From Camelus dromedarius (lineage: Eukaryota): DNA of 64,000 nt. The stretch spans positions 186,001 to 250,000 of the forward strand of contig NC_087436.1 in the NCBI RefSeq assembly GCF_036321535.1, written 5' to 3'. Positions 43,301 to 53,900 of this stretch are shown here, piece after piece (the stretch's first letter is position 1; the number at the start of each line of letters is the position of its first letter). The notes below the pieces were generated by a model. That model was given only the letters and a program-made list of their open reading frames with translations. It did no database searches and was not told the DNA's origin. The translations under genes and the position numbers were made by a program.

Positions 43301-43384
43301 AAATGTATCAACTTTAAATATTTACAAATATATAAACTTCCTCTTTTAAAACTGTTCTACAGGATAATCCGGGTTAATGAGAAA

Positions 43385-44130
43385 GTGCCTCTTCATGACT
43401 GTGATCCTGCTGATAATTGTGGGAGGAAATTAGAGTATGACCACATGAAATAAAATCCCTTATGAAATAATGATCCCGGGTGACAATCATTATTGGCTGC
43501 TGTCATCACAAAAAAGAGAGTCAACTGGACATCATGTACCTTATGACAGGAGTACAAAACTTCATATAACAAATATTCTTGCACAAATTTGAACCTCGTT
43601 CAGATCAAGCTTTTAGGGGAGGATCAAATCACTTAGCTAAAGCCAATACATAGGATGGAGAAATAAGTCTAACCACAGGGGAGAATGAAATCAACCAAAC
43701 AGGAAATAGAGAAATCCCTCAGCAATTTCAAGGAAAATGAGAAACAGGAAAATTATAGATTAGAACCCACTTGAGAGATATGCTAGCTGCAATGTGTGAA
43801 CTTAGTCTGGATCCTGATTTCAACCCCAAAACTGCTTAAAAGTGTATTTTTGTGACAATCAGGGAATTATTTTGTAACCCTAAAAAAAATGAATATTCCA
43901 ATTGTATTTGAAAGAGACCTTGTCATTTCACTAATGAAAGGTTAAGCTACGTAGGATTGCCTTCAAAATGATCCCGAAGTGGGGGAGGGGAAGAGGTGGA
44001 GATGAAAGTTGCAACAACAGTGACTCTGAGTTGATAATTCTGGAGATGGGTGACTGATACAGACAGGCTGGCTGTGCTGTTCTCTCTACTTCTGTACGTG
44101 TTTGTATCTTTCCATAAAATGTGAAACAAA
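43385..44130 (+). mobile_element. Old L1 (L1MC/ME-like) 3' fragment
   Basis: gcaatgtgtgaacttagtctggatcctgatt...ttgataattctggagatgggtga...tttgtatctttccataaaa. Confidence 0.55.
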
Positions 44131-45039
44131 CAAAAAGACTTCAGTGATTTAAAACCCTCACTTGGAAGGTTAAGAGGTTTGCCCAAGTAGGTGGGCATCT
44201 GAATGGGGCACTGAGATTAGGAAGATCAGGCACCTGGCTCCAGGCCGACCTGGGGCTACCTTGACCCTTCTCTTCTCCTCACCATCCACAGCCAGCCCAT
44301 AACTGCATCCTGTCAGCTCCACTCCCCAAACGCATTCTCCCTGGCTCCCACTATCTCTCATCTGGCCCACTCCAAGAGCCTCCGACCAGGCCTCCCTGCT
44401 TCCTGGGTCCCTGCAATTCATTCTCCACATTATCTTTGCAAATTGTGAGAGAAAATTACCTTAGTGCTTAAACTATCATGACTGTTTCTCACTGCACTTA
44501 GAGTCTACACTACTTTCCGTGCTCCTGATGCCCTTCTAAACCTCGCGTCTCATCACTCTCACCAGCGTTGGCTCCAGTATCTCCTCAAACCTGCTGAGCA
44601 CATTTGTGCCTCGGGGCAATGGACAAGCTGCCTCTATTCCTGGGGTGACTTATCCCAGATCCTCAAAGACCAGCCTCCTTATCACCATCTCAGCTCACAT
44701 GTAACCTTCTCAAAGATAGCTTTCTTGACTCCATTTCCCCCAAGTCTCCCATCTCAACACTGTATTATTTCCTTCATTTCAATCTGAAATTGTTTCCTTA
44801 TTAGCCCGATTATTTTTGTTTGCTCAGTTGTCCTTGGCCTCCCTCCTCCCAGCAGCCTTGCACAAACAGCATAAGCTCCCGGGGAGCAGCCGGCGCTGAT
44901 GCTCTGAGAATACACATGCTGAGCGCGACATTACAGTCACGTGGTGTAGTGAAACGGTGTCGAACAGCAGATAGAGCTAAGCAGTGAGAATACTTCTCTT
45001 ATTTTATAATTTAAGTGAAACCTAACATTTACTCCTGTT

Positions 45040-45480
45040 TAATGAAGAATTTGGTAGGTCTTTGTTCCCAGTTCCTGGACGGCAACCCCTAAAGCCTTGA
45101 AATTTCCCAAGATAGGAGTGTCTTTACTATTCATGGTGGACCCTTGGATGGCTTGTGTTCATGAGATAACTCAGGATGGGGACTGGCCAGCCAGAGACAC
45201 CAACCATGTGATTAGAGGAGTGGGGCTTTGAGCTTTGTGACAAGTGACTGACCATCAGGAGAGGTAGGGGCTCAAATGTTAGGGCTTTGACTTACAGTTA
45301 GTGTTTGGGGTAGCCATGTCAGTAGTGACCCAATAAATCATGTCTTTGTAATAAAGTCTCCAGTAAAAACTTGGGGCAACAAAGCTCAGAGCTCCTGTGA
45401 GCTTCCTGGTTGGTAACACTCTTGGAGGACTGTCACACTCAGAAGCCATGAGGGCAACCCTGAGCCCTTCCCACTGGAGT
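45040..45480 (+). mobile_element. MER21-like LTR, apparently 3'-truncated
   Basis: ggtctttgttcccagttcctgg...gataggagtgtcttt...accaaccatgtgattagagg...gagcttcctggttggtaacactc. Confidence 0.65.
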
Positions 45481-45499
45481 GCCCTCCACAACAGCTCAC

Positions 45500-45614
45500 C
45501 TGATGAGATCTAAGGGCTGCTTCTTGTCTATGCTTTGAGGAGGAGCACATTCCCTGTACAGAAGGCCCTGTTCGCTGGGGCAGCTGAGGTCCTCTGATGG
45601 AGGCTGAAGTTGCA
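45500..45614 (-). pseudogene. ANO6: ANO6 pseudo-exon (~exon 7): CNFSL/SEDLSCPSEQGLLYRECAPPQSIDKKQPLDLIR
   Basis: cccag acceptor and gtgag donor. 115 nt versus 116 (-1 frameshift). Confidence 0.95.
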
Positions 45615-47368
45615 CTGGGAAGCAGAAGCAAACAGGTGAGCGTCACTGTCACCACGTGTTCACATGTTCTGCTAATAAAATGTGGTGCTAACACTTTGTG
45701 GTCATTTGTAAATAAGGGGCCCTCCTTTGCCAGAAGGGATGGAGGTACCATATAATTTTTCATAATTCTCACCGAGGATTAATACTAACCCCTTGAGGGT
45801 CATTTGCAAACGTGGCTGGAAAGGAACACTTGGATGTTACAGTCCTGGGACCACCGTGGGTACCTGGTGAGGGCCTTGCAGATACTTAATGTCCTACAAC
45901 CGGGCCAGTCTTCCACAGCAAAAAAAACTACGCCACCCAAGTGCCCAAACTGCTTCAGTGGAGGCAGCAGCCCCCTCCTTGGACACCCAGAGGAACCTGG
46001 ACTCTGGCTGTTTAGGGGCAGGGTCAATTCTAAAACCCAGGCTTTTTTGTCCCCACAATTCAGTAGTTATTCGGTGACAGCACATGGAATATAAACAATA
46101 AAGAAACTTGACATGATGTTATATATTTAGCTTACTCAAGAAACAAAATTTAAATCCAGTCATTCTCCTTCCCACCTGATCTACTTTCCTTTCTCCTGTA
46201 CTAGAACCAGATTATTACCCACCCAGCCTTAGCATGGGTCCTGACTCCACTTACCTCCCTCCCAAACACCACATGAGATGATTCCTCAGCCTGGATGTGG
46301 AACCAGCAATTACAACAGGCTTTAGTGGAAAAGAAATGGTTGTGTGCAGATGCCAACTAAACACTGTAGAATCCTGGTGTCCCACATTAGTAATCATGAC
46401 AGCTGTTTGCAAGTGTCCCCAAAGTTCATTTCAGACTCTCACTGCTAATTTTGCTCGGATATAAATATGAAACATGTGGACAGCTGGGCTGGACTGCTAT
46501 GCTGAGTCTCTGATCCAGGAAGCTCAGTGTCTGCTCCCTGCAACCAGCTCCCTGTTCTGTTCATGCATGTGCATCAAGCAGCTGTTTAGTGTCCATTTTA
46601 GTATCTTAGACAGTGCATTTCAGTATGGTCTTCATCCACAAATACGTGTACCACACAGTAGTAATGATCAATCTCAGTCTTTGCTTTCCTTTGTCTTAGA
46701 GAGTCAGATAAACGGATAGCAAGGTAACAAAGTCATAGAGCGCTATAATATAGTATTTCCTTTATTTCAATGACAGGATTTATTTAAAGAGCTTAGATAT
46801 AACATCTTTGCATTTATGGCATCATTTAGCGTCTGAAGCTCTTACATTTTACAAACTTCATTTCATGCGAGATGTTGTCAGTTAGAGAAGTGCTTCTGAA
46901 TTTGAGGGGTTGCTGTCATCTCAGATGGAGTCCCTAAAAAATGTCAAAACTCTGCAGTATTGTCATCATGACAAGAACTCAGACAGATGAAATTTGGAAA
47001 GCCCTGTGATTTACTAGTGCACAGACAGAAAATGGTATTTCAGAGGGAAAAAGCCTGAATTACAGAAAATGATAAATGAAATGGTCTAACATGCATTTCC
47101 CTTACAGAGAACTAATACTTCTTTGGTTGATAATAACATCTGTCAGTAATTATGAAAAGAGCTGGCAAATGCATAGTACTTACTATTAGCCAGGGCTGTT
47201 CTAAAATTCAAGCAGATTCATTAATCCCCATAGCATCTCTACGAGGTGGGTACTATTATTATCCCCATTTTATTGATGAGGAACTTGATAAACACAGAGG
47301 CTAAATGACTTTTACAAGGTAGACAGCGAGAAACCAGCACAAGTGTTCCAGCCTGAGTCTATGCTCTT

Positions 47369-47552
47369 GGCCACTTCTACCTTTTTTTTTTTTTTTTTTT
47401 TGGTGGCAGGGAGATAATAAGGTAATTCTGGTGGGGGGTGGGGAGGTAATTAGGGTTATTTGTCTATTTTAGAGGAGGTGTTGGGGGCTGAACCCAGGAC
47501 TTTATGCGTGCTAAGCATGCGCCCCATCACTTGAGCTGTACCCTCACCTCTC
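47369..47552 (-). mobile_element. Camelid tRNA-derived SINE (Vic-1-like) with target-site duplication
   Basis: SINE body at about 47470-47550, poly-T on plus. Direct repeat gagtctatgctctt at 47355-47368 and 47553-47566. Confidence 0.85.
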
Positions 47553-47831
47553 GAGTCTATGCTCTTAGATGCTAATCCACACTGCCCCACATGGTAACTC
47601 TGGGGGAACTACAGTTCATTCATTCACCCACTTGTTAAACTCAGCCTTCCTGGTGCCTGGGATTCAGCAGTGAACAAGACAACATGGTTCCTGCCCTTAA
47701 TGTGCTTGTCGACTCCTGACATATTATCTTCATTTTACCCAGGAAGTAACAAGGTCAAGAAGACTCACCTTTTCCTGTTAACACCGGAGGATACATGAAG
47801 TGCTTTATTTCATTTCTGCCATTTGACTTAC

Positions 47832-47948
47832 ACCATGGGAAGGGAAAGCTGCCTTGCAGATCCCGGAGCTCACAAGCCAGTTAATCCTGAATTTTTTTTT
47901 AAAACTGTCCCTTACTTGATACTTGATCTGAGAAAGGATGAAGTAAAC
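47832..47948 (-). pseudogene. ANO6: ANO6 pseudo-exon (~exon 6): VYFILSQIKYQVRDSFKKKFRINWLVSSGICKAAFPSHG
   Basis: ag acceptor and gtaagt donor. 117 nt, open frame, one codon longer than human because of an A9 run. Conserved FPLHD is changed to FPSHG. Confidence 0.95.
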
Positions 47949-48172
47949 CTAAATAGATTCTAAGAAAGCGTGTGGTTTATACAGGGTAAATAACCAGCCA
48001 CTGTTTACTATCCTAACAGGAATCTGTAGGCATATTTCTTTTCTTTCTCTTTTTTCATTTTTATGGGCAGCTTTTAAAAACCAAACCAAACCAACAAAAC
48101 CAAATCACTTATAATTCAACAGCAGGTTCTAAATCACCCCCAAGACAGCAGCTAAACTCGGTTTAGACTTAC

Positions 48173-48459
48173 AGTGCGGCTCCTGGTGGTTGGATTGATG
48201 AATGTATCTCTATCCTGAATATAAAAGTCGTTCACGCAGCTCTTCTCAAATAGGGCAATGAAAAACTCTTGTTCCGGTTGTTGATACTTTCATCCACTTG
48301 GAGGACTTTCATAAAACAGCTGAAGGTATCAAAGGCTGAGGACACGGTTTTCAGATGATTGGGATTCAGAGGCAATTTTATGTACAGTATCTCAGCGTAT
48401 GTACAGAGCACCTCTCACAGGGTGTGTACATTTGCAAATACAAGCTTGTCATCCAAAAC
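48173..48459 (-). pseudogene. ANO6: ANO6 pseudo-exon (~exon 5): VLDDKLVFANVHTL*EVLCTYAEILYIKLPLNPNHLK...NPTTRSRT
   Basis: ag acceptor and gtaagt donor. TGA at 48415-48417 replaces a Trp. 287 nt versus 288, with a -1 frameshift after VDESIN. Confidence 0.95.
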
Positions 48460-49362
48460 CTATATTGGGAGAATGAAAACACAAACCAGGAAACTATTTT
48501 CACATTTTTAGTACACAGATTTTTCTTACATTGCTGGTAGTTAAAGCACTTGTGCAAACACACACAGATATGACACTGGTAAAAGTGAAGATATAATGAA
48601 AATAGATTTGCAAACCATCATACATTTTTGCCTTAAAGTTAATTTCTTTGTTGAAATTACTGAAAAGTTATTTAAAATCCTTACAATTCATTCATAAAAT
48701 AACCAATGTTTTAGATGAAGAAAAGTAAACTTGTTAACTTTTAGTCCAAATTAGTAACTAAAAATAGAAACACGAAAAAATTCTTTGCAGGGGCATTGTA
48801 ATGACAATTTTTTAAATTTCTTAAACCTAGGACTATTTACATATCTGTTCAATATAATGTTAAACAGCCATTAAAAGGGATTTAAAAGAATTATATTTAT
48901 TAATATGGAATATATAATAAAAGGAAAAAGAAAAAAATGTGAAATAATAATTTTCATTTTTGGAAGGGAAAAATATCTACATTTGAACAAAAAAATGTTT
49001 AGAAGGATTTTAAGATTCTTTATGTATAACTAAGGTACAGATGATTTTTAATTCCACTGTTTTTAGTTCCATTGGATTTTAATTCCAATGTTCTTTCATT
49101 TTCAATTTTGGGGGAATTTTTATAATAAAAAAACTTTAAAATTGTTCTTGCATAAATACATTAATAGATATATTTATGACTACATTCTCTGGCTATTATA
49201 AAAGATCTCCTAGCTTTGGATCTGAAACATACATTCCATAATGCAGATTCTGACTGACTCGCCTCCCAGTCCAGAGCGAAGGCACGGCTAGGGTGACATG
49301 TTTCAAATATCATTCCAGGGAACATGCAGGTTCCCAGCCAACGGCTGCAAAGGGACTGACAC

Positions 49363-49427
49363 TGATCTGCTTGCTCCCAGCTGCAGACCATCACAGATGA
49401 GTTTAGATTCATAGGCTCAAGTTTTCT
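49363..49427 (-). pseudogene. ANO6: ANO6 pseudo-exon (~exon 4): RKL/AYESKLICDGLQLGASRS
   Basis: ttttgacag acceptor, gt donor. 65 nt versus 66 expected, giving a -1 frameshift near the 5' end. Human: RKRQAYESNLICHGLQLEATRS. Confidence 0.9.
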
Positions 49428-50159
49428 CTGTCAAAAGAAATCAGAAAATGTTAGGCTTTTACTTTCACCAAGGGAACAAGAAGTTGTTTGATTTTCTTTT
49501 ATTAAAAAAAAAACAACAAACCAATTTGAACCTGAAGAAAAGACATTTGCTCAAAATACCACAGTAGCAATGAAGGTGTTCTGGCTGGCAGGGACTTGTT
49601 GGATTCCTGTGAGTGCTGGACTCCTCACATGGAATTCCCTTGGCACTCCAGAAGGCCTGTGGTTGTCCCCATGGGTTTGTGGCCATATGTGGTGCACAAA
49701 AGTCTCTGGCTTTGCCACAATTTCAAAGCCTTTTTTGGCTTATGAAAGGCTTTGCACTCAAATGGAGTTTTCTTGAGTCCACTCACTGATGTCATTCACC
49801 AGAGTTATAGTCCAGATCTGACATTCTAGACTCTTAAAATCTTGCAGACATTCAAATGGTTCAGGTTTGGATGTGTATTCACCTCTGCAGGCCTGGACCA
49901 AATTCCATAAAGCCACCCGGACAAGTTCAGCAAAATGCAAAGACATTTTTCTTTCTGCAAGACTGAAATGTCTGTGAAGCTATAAAAACTTCTGCATCTA
50001 CAAAAATAGGGAACCAACTCATCAATAACATATCTATCCATAATGCATGGACATTTGAAAAAATACTGTATTTACTCCTATTAAATTCTATCTGGCTTTT
50101 GCCAAATTGTGTCCTAAACTGTAAGGAAAGTATATAAATGTAGAGAATTTTTGACCTTT

Positions 50160-50965
50160 TAAGAGAAAAAGGAACCCTCCTACTCGGTTGGTGGGAATGT
50201 AAATGTTGCAGCCACCATGGAGGACAATATAGAGTTTCCTTAAAAAACTGGAAATATACTTCCGTGTGATCCAGCAATCCCATTCATGGGTATATGTCTG
50301 GAGAAAAATATAATTCAAAAAGACACATGCACCCCAGTGTTCACAGCAGCACTATTTACAATAGCCAACACACTGAAATAACCCAAATGTTCACTGGCAG
50401 ATGATTGGATAAAGAAGTTGTGGTATATTATATATATATGTATATTTACATATATACACGCATATACACACACATATATACACATGAACACACACACACA
50501 ATGGAATACTGCTCAGCCATTAAAAAATTAAATAATGTCTTTTGCAATAACATGGATGGACCTACAGGGTATTATGCTAAGTGAAATATGTCAGAGAAAG
50601 AAAAACAAATATTCTATTTATTAACTTATATGTATATCTAAAAAATAAAACAAATTAATTACTATAATAAAACAGAAATAGACTCACAGGTACACAGAAC
50701 AGACTGGTGGTTACCAATGGGGAGAAGGAGGAGAGGGAGGCAGGAAGGGGGTAAGGGATTGAGAGGTAAAAAGTACTATGTATAAAATGGATAGGTTATA
50801 GGGCTGTGTAGGAAAATATACACAGGGAAATATAGCCATTATTTTATGGTGACATTAAATGGAATATAATATATAAAGATATATATATTAATATATAAAG
50901 ATGTTGAGCCTCTGTGTTGTACACCTGAAAATATTATGATGGAAATCAACTACTCAATTATAAAA
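50160..50965 (+). mobile_element. LINE-1 3' fragment
   Basis: aaggaaccctcctactc...gttggtgggaatgtaaat...ccagcaatcccattc, followed by a typical L1 3' UTR and an internal TA/CA microsatellite. Confidence 0.9.
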
Positions 50966-51011
50966 TACTTAATCAAAGTTTTTTTCATATTATTTGCAAT
51001 AAGTTAGAAGC

Positions 51012-51300
51012 CAGCACTGTCAATAGAAACATAGTGCAAGTCACAATTTTCCAGTAATCCCATTTAGACAATAAAAAGGAACAAGTGTACTTAATTCCAG
51101 GAATAATTATATTTATCCCAAAATATCCAATATACTATCATTTCAAAAGTGTGATTAACAATTTTAAAACTTATTAATAAATATTTTACATTATTTTTGT
51201 TGTACAAAGTCTTGAAAATCTATTATGTATTTTCCACTTATAGAACATCTCAATTCACAATAGCCACATGTGGCTGGTGGCTACCATACTAGACAGAGCA
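51012..51300. mobile_element. hAT-derived MITE (MER3/MER33-like)
   Basis: cagcactgtcaatagaa ... aatagccacatgtggctggtggctaccatactagacagagca. Confidence 0.6.
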
Positions 51301-51483
51301 GATTACACCATTCACACTTCTGATAAATTACCTGCTCTTATTTATTTAAAAAACTTCCAGAAGAGGCTTTAGATATTCCCTATATCTAACAAAGCAACCT
51401 TGACGGGTGAGGAATATCTTCATTATAAAGTGAAAAATAAAGGTAAGAGAGCCATGGTTACATGTAAGTTAATGTAACAATTC

Positions 51484-51609
51484 CTTCTTAATTCATTCAG
51501 GACTTTACAATCTTTCTTCATATTCCAAGGATTCACTGTCATTGTGCAATGTTTTTCACTATAATCATCTTTGGAATTGAGAGGCTTCTGATGACCCTGC
51601 TTTGTGCAT
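51484..51609 (-). pseudogene. KLHL2: Isolated KLHL2 (Mayven) exon-2 copy: CTKQGHQKPLNSKDDYSEKHCTMTVNPWNMKKDCKVLNELR
   Basis: Matches the KLHL2 N-terminus recalled as CTKQGHQKPLDSKDDNTEKHCPVTVNPWHMKKAFKVMNELR. Intact polypyrimidine tract and cag acceptor, 126 nt. The donor reads gaattg (no GT). No BTB or Kelch exons seen downstream. Confidence 0.9.
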
Positions 51610-51665
51610 CTGTACATAAAAGAAAATAACAAAACAGAGAAAAAGACCTTATTAAAGATAATTTA

Positions 51666-51815
51666 GGGGGGTATAGCTCAAGTGAAAGATCATAGTCTTA
51701 GCATGCACAAGGGCCTGGGTTCAATCCCCAGAACTTCTTATAAAAATAAAATAAATAAAAACCTAATTACCACCCCCTGCAAAAAATTAATTAATTATTT
51801 TAATTAAAATTTAAA
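51666..51815 (+). mobile_element. Camelid tRNA-derived SINE (Vic-1-like), just upstream of the KLHL2 exon acceptor
   Basis: ggggggtatagctcaagtg...gggttcaatcccc, flanked by the repeat aaagataattta. Confidence 0.85.
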
Positions 51816-52884
51816 AAAAGATAATTTAGAGAAGCCTTATCAGGCTACAAGAGCTACAATGAATGCCCCTCCTCCATTAATTTAGAAGAAGTTTCACAAT
51901 ATTTCCCAACATAAAGGCTAAAATATAATTCGGAACACTTCCTGATGGTCAGCATCATTTTAACAAAAATGTAGATAATTACTTCCCTGGTGTCAAAGCT
52001 CTGTCAGAGATGGGCACAGAAAATTTAGTAAAAATTATTTTGCAACTACCTTTGAAAGAAATGCTGAGAAATGATCTTTTCTGTTGGAAATTAGCCTGCT
52101 TTTATATTCTGCAGTAGGCATATGTGTTTACAAACCAGGCAGGAACTGGATCATATTTTACACATACTTTAGAAACTGATTTGAATTTTGCTCTCTACCT
52201 GCAAGGCTATTTCTTAGGTAATAACATAAGCTGGCCACTATACTAAATTTTGTTTCCCTGTTTGCTTAATCCTCACAACAATTCTGTAAGCTGCTATTAT
52301 TACCCCCATATAACAGATAAAGAGCTTGAGGCAGAAAATAATTTGGGTAACTTGGTAAATGGTGGAGCTGGGTAATATCGCAGCCAGTCTGACACTCAAG
52401 TCCATTCTTCTCACCGATGTCTGATACTGCTGCCTACATTCAGCAATGACTCCTGATTTCATATTTAAGTGTGTCATTTCTAAAAGTGCAAAGCTATATT
52501 AGTACTGCTGTGTAAATTATTCTTTTAAGATGTGATTGCCAAAAAAAACAAAAACAAATAAAATCAGGGTGCCACTGAGGGGAGGGCGAACTGCATATGG
52601 ACGGACACAAGGGGACTTTTTGAGGACACAGTTGCACAACTATAGAAATAGCTAAAATGGCTGACTTGTACAATTATAATATGTGAATTGTATGGCCTGT
52701 AAATTACACCTTAATACAGCTATTAAATTAAGAAACTGAGATACCAAATTAAGATTAAAACACATATATATATATCACACATAGTACAACAGGCAAATAT
52801 CATTATTTACTGCACCATTTTCCTTCATGCAGCTTCCTTTCCTCACCTGTTCCTGAAAGGATGATTCATTTTTAAAATAGCCTT

Positions 52885-53900
52885 TTAATTTATTCAGCAA
52901 ATAATTTTTGACAGCCTGCAATGTACCCAGGACTACTCTAGGCACTAGGAAAAGATCAATAAACAAAACAAAAGTCCTGTCCTCACGGAGCTTGGTTGGA
53001 GTCTAGCTGGGGTGGGGGGTGGAGATGACAATTCACACAACAGAGCAGCAGAGGAGGTGGCATGCTAGGAAAGAGGAACCATGGAAAAAAGTAAAAAGGG
53101 CAAAGTAAAGAGAGTTGAGGGTATAGGATGAGGGTGATGTTGTATTAAATACCAGAGCAGGGCACACTGTGAACTGAGGTTAGAATTAAGACTAGGAGGT
53201 GAGAAGTCCCAGGTGGACAGAATAACCATCACCAAAGCCAGCGTGACATCTCATGTTCCAGAATGGGGGCACAGCTGGAGCTGCGGAGAAGGGTCAATGC
53301 AGATCCTGTATGGCCTTGGAGGACATTGTAAGGACTGTGGCTTTTACCCGGAGTGAAATGGGGAGGCACTGCAGAAGGACGACACAATCTAACTTAGGTT
53401 TTCAAGGCTCACTTGACTGCCGGGTGAGAATAGTGCAAACGGGTCAGAGATGAAAGGTGGGAAGCTACTGAGAAGGGCTTTGGAGGAGGAGAGGACAGTG
53501 GCTCAGGGAAGGGAAGCAGCAGTGGAGGCAGGAGCCATGGTGAGAAGTGGCTTGGTTCTGGATATGTTTTAAAGGCAGTGTTAAACCAGATCTATTGACA
53601 GAATTCATGTGGTATGTCAGTGAAAGTCAGAATAACTCCAAGTTTTTTGACCCAAGCAGCTGGAAGGATTAAGTTTCCACTAACTGAATGGGGGAGGCTG
53701 CATAAAGAACCAGTTTGGGGGGTAGGAGGACCAAAAGCTCAGTTTTTACACACGTTGGTTTTAAGATATTAGAGTTCCAAGTGAAGATGTCAAATCAGCA
53801 GAATATCATAAGAGTCCAGAGTTGGAGAGAAAAAGTCTAACGGGAGACAGAACTGTGTGAATCATGGGTCACACAGGTGGTACAGGAAGCCATGAAACCC
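52885..53900. mobile_element. Decayed L2-like LINE fragment
   Basis: attcagcaaataatttttga...aaagtcctgtcctcacggagctt...ggttctggatatgttttaaagg...aataactccaagtttttt. Confidence 0.55.

Larger units (their letters stand above)
5982..49427 (-). pseudogene. ANO6: Unprocessed (intron-containing) ANO6/TMEM16F pseudogene; exons equivalent to human 4-8 and 11-16; probably continues beyond the window start
   Basis: Eleven collinear minus-strand exons with AG acceptors translate to anoctamin-6 peptides ([55 protein letters not shown]). Multiple stops and frameshifts. Comparison is to the human protein from memory. Confidence 0.97.
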
